64,000 bases of DNA from NCBI GenBank assembly GCA_963718235.1, contig CAVQYR010000002.1:842244-906243 (forward strand), read 5' to 3'. Under the pieces are notes generated by a model. The model searched no databases. It had not been told where the DNA came from and saw only the letters and a list, made by a program, of their open reading frames with translations. The position numbers and the translations under genes are program-made. Positions 60,557 through 64,000 of this stretch are shown piece by piece. The stretch is from an uncultured Actinomycetota bacterium (GTDB lineage Bacteria; Actinomycetota; Actinomycetes; JAHEKZ01). Position 1 is the stretch's first letter; the number at the start of each line of letters is the position of its first letter.

Positions 60557-63500
60557 AGAATTCCGAATACTTCGAGTTCTTGCAGCAAGGCCTGACCAAT
60601 GCCATGACCATAGCCCAGGCGGCTCGCGCCCGAGGGTTGGACCCCACAACGGAGGTGGAGATACCGCTTGCAGTCGACCTGGCGGAACGAGTAGAGAAGC
60701 TGATCGGCATCCCCGGCATAGCTGTGCGGATCCGGGAGCTGGAAGAGCAGGGTTTGAGCCGGGAAGAAGCAGCTCTTGCTATAGGTATCGATTTTGCCGA
60801 AGGCCGCCTGGGAAAAGGCACCTCCAAGATCGAATCCGTGGAAAACGCCATTCGTACATCGGTCGCCCTGCTCACGGAAGGAGTCGTCGCGGCGCCCATC
60901 GAAGGAATCGCTCGCGTGGACCTGGGAAAGAATGACGACGGAACTGAGTACCTCAAGGTCTACTACGCAGGTCCCATAAGATCGGCTGGCGGAACCGCTC
61001 AGGCCTTATCAGTTCTCGTGGCGGACTATGTGCGCAGAAGCGTTGGCATAGCCCCCTGGAAACCGAGACCAGAAGAGGTGGAGCGCTATGTGGAGGAGAT
61101 TGGTCTTTACAAGCGCGTGGCCGGCCTGCAGTACTTCGCCTTCGGATGACGAGATCCGGATCATTGTGCGCAATTGCCCTATCTGCATCGAAGGAGAACC
61201 CACCGAAGAGGAAGAGGTCTCAGGATACCGTGACCTGGCCAGGATCGATACCAATCGAGTGCGGGGCGGCATCGCCCTGGTCTCGGCGGAAGGCATCGCC
61301 CTGAAGCGGCCCAAGCTCAAGAAGCATGTCACAAAACTGGGCATCACGGGCTGGGAGTGGCTCGACTCCCTGGCCAGCGGCAAAAAGGAGGGCGGGGACA
61401 CCACACCCAAGTTCCTGCGCGACCTCATTGCCGGCACGGCCTGTATTCTCTCATCCCTCCCGGCCGGGCGGCTTTCGGCTGCGTTATGGGCGGGCCAGAA
61501 ATACGGGCCTGGCTGCAGCTGGAATCAACCCCGCCAGCATGCTGCTCCTGGGCGAGTTCATGGCCGCCGGAACCCAGATCAAGGTGGAGCAGCCCGGCAA
61601 GGCGGCAGCCGTAGCTCCGGTCAGCTCCATCGAGGGGCCGACAGTGCGACTGCTGAACGGAGATGTGGTTCGGTTCGATTCCGATCAGGATATCCTGGAA
61701 TGGATGCCCATCAGCTGCAAAGATCCCAAGACCATCCAGCTGGCTCTCAAGGCCCATGTTTCCAAGATTCTGGACCTGGGAGAGATACTGATCAGCTACG
61801 GCGAGTTCCTGGAGAACAACCGGCCATTGGCCCCGGCCTCCTATGTCTTCGAGTGGTGGGCTGAGGAGCTGAAGAAAGCGGGTGGCGATCCAGCCGGCCT
61901 GGAGCAGATCGATAGCGTTAAAGCCATAGAGCTTTCCAGAAAATATGGCGTCCCACTTCATCCGGCTTACACCTATCTCTGGCACGATCTGACTCTGGAA
62001 GAGTACGAGCAGCTGGCCGAAGTCGCGATCTCGCAAGGCATTCTGGAATCAGGAAAACTCCTCCTCCCCCTGGAAGCCAAGGATTCTTTGGAGACACTGC
62101 TGGTGCACCATAAGGTCCGGGAAGGAAAGGCGATAATCGAGGATCCCCTGCCGTTCCTGCTCTGCCTGGGGATAACTCTGGAAAATGGCGCCCTGAAGCG
62201 ACTCCCTGACGAGCCGAGGGAAGATGAGCCAGATGAGAATATCAATAAAAATATAAAGAAGATAATAAAGAAAAGGATGTGAAAGCGGATTCGGCGCTGG
62301 CAGCTGTCAACAGGCGATCAGGCCTCGTCGTTCGCGCCCGCGCGCCCACGCGCATCGGCGCCCGCATGGGCAGGCCAGAGAAGTCCGATAAAAGGCTGAT
62401 GCGCCCACCTCCGCACGTTCTCTTCCCGGCAGGAGAAGAAGGCGGCAAGTCGAGGTCGATTCAGGAAGCTGCCAAACACTCCACAGGCAATGTAACCGGC
62501 ATGGTCAATGTGGAGATCGAGAGGCGCGTCTGCAAAGACTGCAAAAAAGAGGGCTTTGCCTTCCGGTGCCCGTGCGGCGGCTACACAGAGAAAAAGAGGG
62601 TCTGCCCCAAATGCAATGTCCAGGCTCCAGAGAAGTGCCCCAAATGTGGAGAAGAGACGAACGCTGCCTCCAAGATGCAAATCGACATGAAAAAGCTCTA
62701 TCACCAGGCGCTGGAGCATCTGGGTGAGCGCGAGCCGGAGACACTAAAAGGGGTCCTGGGCCTCTCCTCCCGGGATAAGACCCCGGAGCCTCTGGAGAAA
62801 GGCATCCTGCGCGCCAAGCATGGCGTGAACATCTTCAAAGACGGCACAGTGAGGTACGACCTCACCGATCTGCCGCTAACTCATTTCCGCCCGGACGAGA
62901 TCGGCACCGGCACCGAGACTCTGCAGAGCCTGGGCTATACGGAAGACATGCATGGCGAAGCTCTGACCATGCCGGATCAGGTCTGCGAATTGAGGGTGCA
63001 GGACATCATTCTATCCAGGGATGCAGGAGACTATCTTCTCAAGGTTGCCATGTTCGTGGATGAGCTCCTGGTCAAGTTCTATGGTCTGGAGCCCTACTAC
63101 AATGCGAATTCGCCCAAGGATCTGATCGGGCACACTGATGGTGGGCCTGGCTCCCCATACCTCGGCAGGCGTTCTCTGCCGGCTCATCGGCTACAGCCCG
63201 GCCTCGGCGGGATTTGGGCATCCCTTCTTTCATGCCGCCAAGCGCCGCAACTGCGACGGAGACGAGGACTGCGTGATGCTGCTCATGGATGCGCTTCTCA
63301 ACTTCTCCATGTCCTACCTCCCAGCAAAGCGAGGCGGCAAGATGGATGCCTGCCTGGTCATGACCACGATCCTCAATCCTGCAGAGGTGGACAAAGAAGC
63401 TCACAATCTGGATCTGACGGCCGTTTATCCGCTGGAGTTCTACGAGGCTACACTTCTCGGCACCAATCCCAAGGACCTGGAAGGGAAGTTCGATCTGGTC

Positions 63501-64000
63501 TCCAAGCGTCTGGGCACTGATGCCCAGTATGAGGGCTTCAACTTCAGCCATGGCACATCGGATATCGCGGCCGGTCCGAAGAACAGCGCCTACAAGACTC
63601 TGGAGACCATGGTCGATAAGATGGATGCCCAGCTGGAGCTGGCGCGCATGATCCGAGCCGTGGACGAGCAGGATGTGGCGGAAAGGGTCATCAACTCTCA
63701 CTTCCTGCCCGATCTGATCGGCAATCTGCATGCCTTCTCCAAGCAGAAGGTGAGGTGCGTGAAGTGCGGCGCCAAATACAGACGCCCACCGCTGAAAGAG
63801 ACCTGCCCCAAATGCGGCGGCAAAATGATTCTCACTGTGCATGAGGGGAGCGTGCGGAAATACCTGGAGGTCTCCATAAAGGTGGCGGAGGAGTATGGCG
63901 TGAGCAGCTATACCAAGCAGAGGCTACAGCTCCTGAAGATGGAGATCAATTCCCTCTTTAAGAACGATAAGGCCAAGCAGACGGGATTGGCGGATTTCAT
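60553..64000 (+). CDS. polC: DNA polymerase D (II) large subunit DP2; several frameshifts; stop codon just beyond the window
   Basis: [64 protein letters not shown], zinc fingers, C-terminal PIP-like QTGLADF. Confidence 0.96.

Noticed and set aside
44038-64000. A 20-kb archaeal genomic island horizontally transferred into an actinobacterium
   Set aside because: There are no mobility genes or att/target repeats, both junction genes are cut mid-domain, the content is ordinary core archaeal chromosome, and the error rate differs between the sides. A chimera is far more parsimonious.
60553-64000. Split DP2 or a DP2 intein
   Set aside because: The pieces are contiguous across single-base shifts. 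The usual intein site reads uninterrupted [13 protein letters not shown], and the total length is normal.
1-64000. CRISPR array, rRNA, transposase, integrase or prophage
   Set aside because: No regularly spaced repeat-spacer series and no such protein or RNA motifs were seen on either strand.

Overview
The window is two genomes joined at about 44,040. Bases 1-~44,037 are high-GC actinobacterial chromosome. They carry gabT-PucR-aldehyde dehydrogenase, an ECF sigma/anti-sigma/ABC/S41 operon and a TetR-MMPL pair, then the core run dxr-rip-ispG, proS, rimP-nusA-ylxR-infB-rbfA-nrnA-truB-ribF, rpsO-pnp-M16-dapB and thyX-dapA-rnj. Bases ~44,046-64,000 are mid-GC methanogenic archaeal DNA, most like Methanothrix/Methanosaeta. 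They carry acetyl-CoA synthetase, a tRNA methylthiotransferase, a cobT/Zn-dehydrogenase/TrpD-like operon, tRNA-Leu(CAA), Lhr helicase, methanogenesis markers 4 and 2, and DNA polymerase D large subunit. The junction truncates both rnj and acs with no mobile-element signature, and the archaeal half is full of single-base frameshifts in essential genes, so this is most likely a chimeric low-coverage assembly. Best biological leads: (i) a chain of three stop/start-overlapping mini-ORFs plus a hairpin directly upstream of infB, a candidate IF2 autoregulatory leader; (ii) the archaeal cobT + Zn-dehydrogenase + TrpD-paralog operon, in which the TrpD paralog appears to have lost its anthranilate-binding residues; (iii) a rare-codon patch at the thyX active site; (iv) an unannotated 51-aa zinc-finger microprotein. 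No CRISPR array, rRNA, integrase or transposase was seen. All family assignments come from motif recognition by eye; no searches were run.
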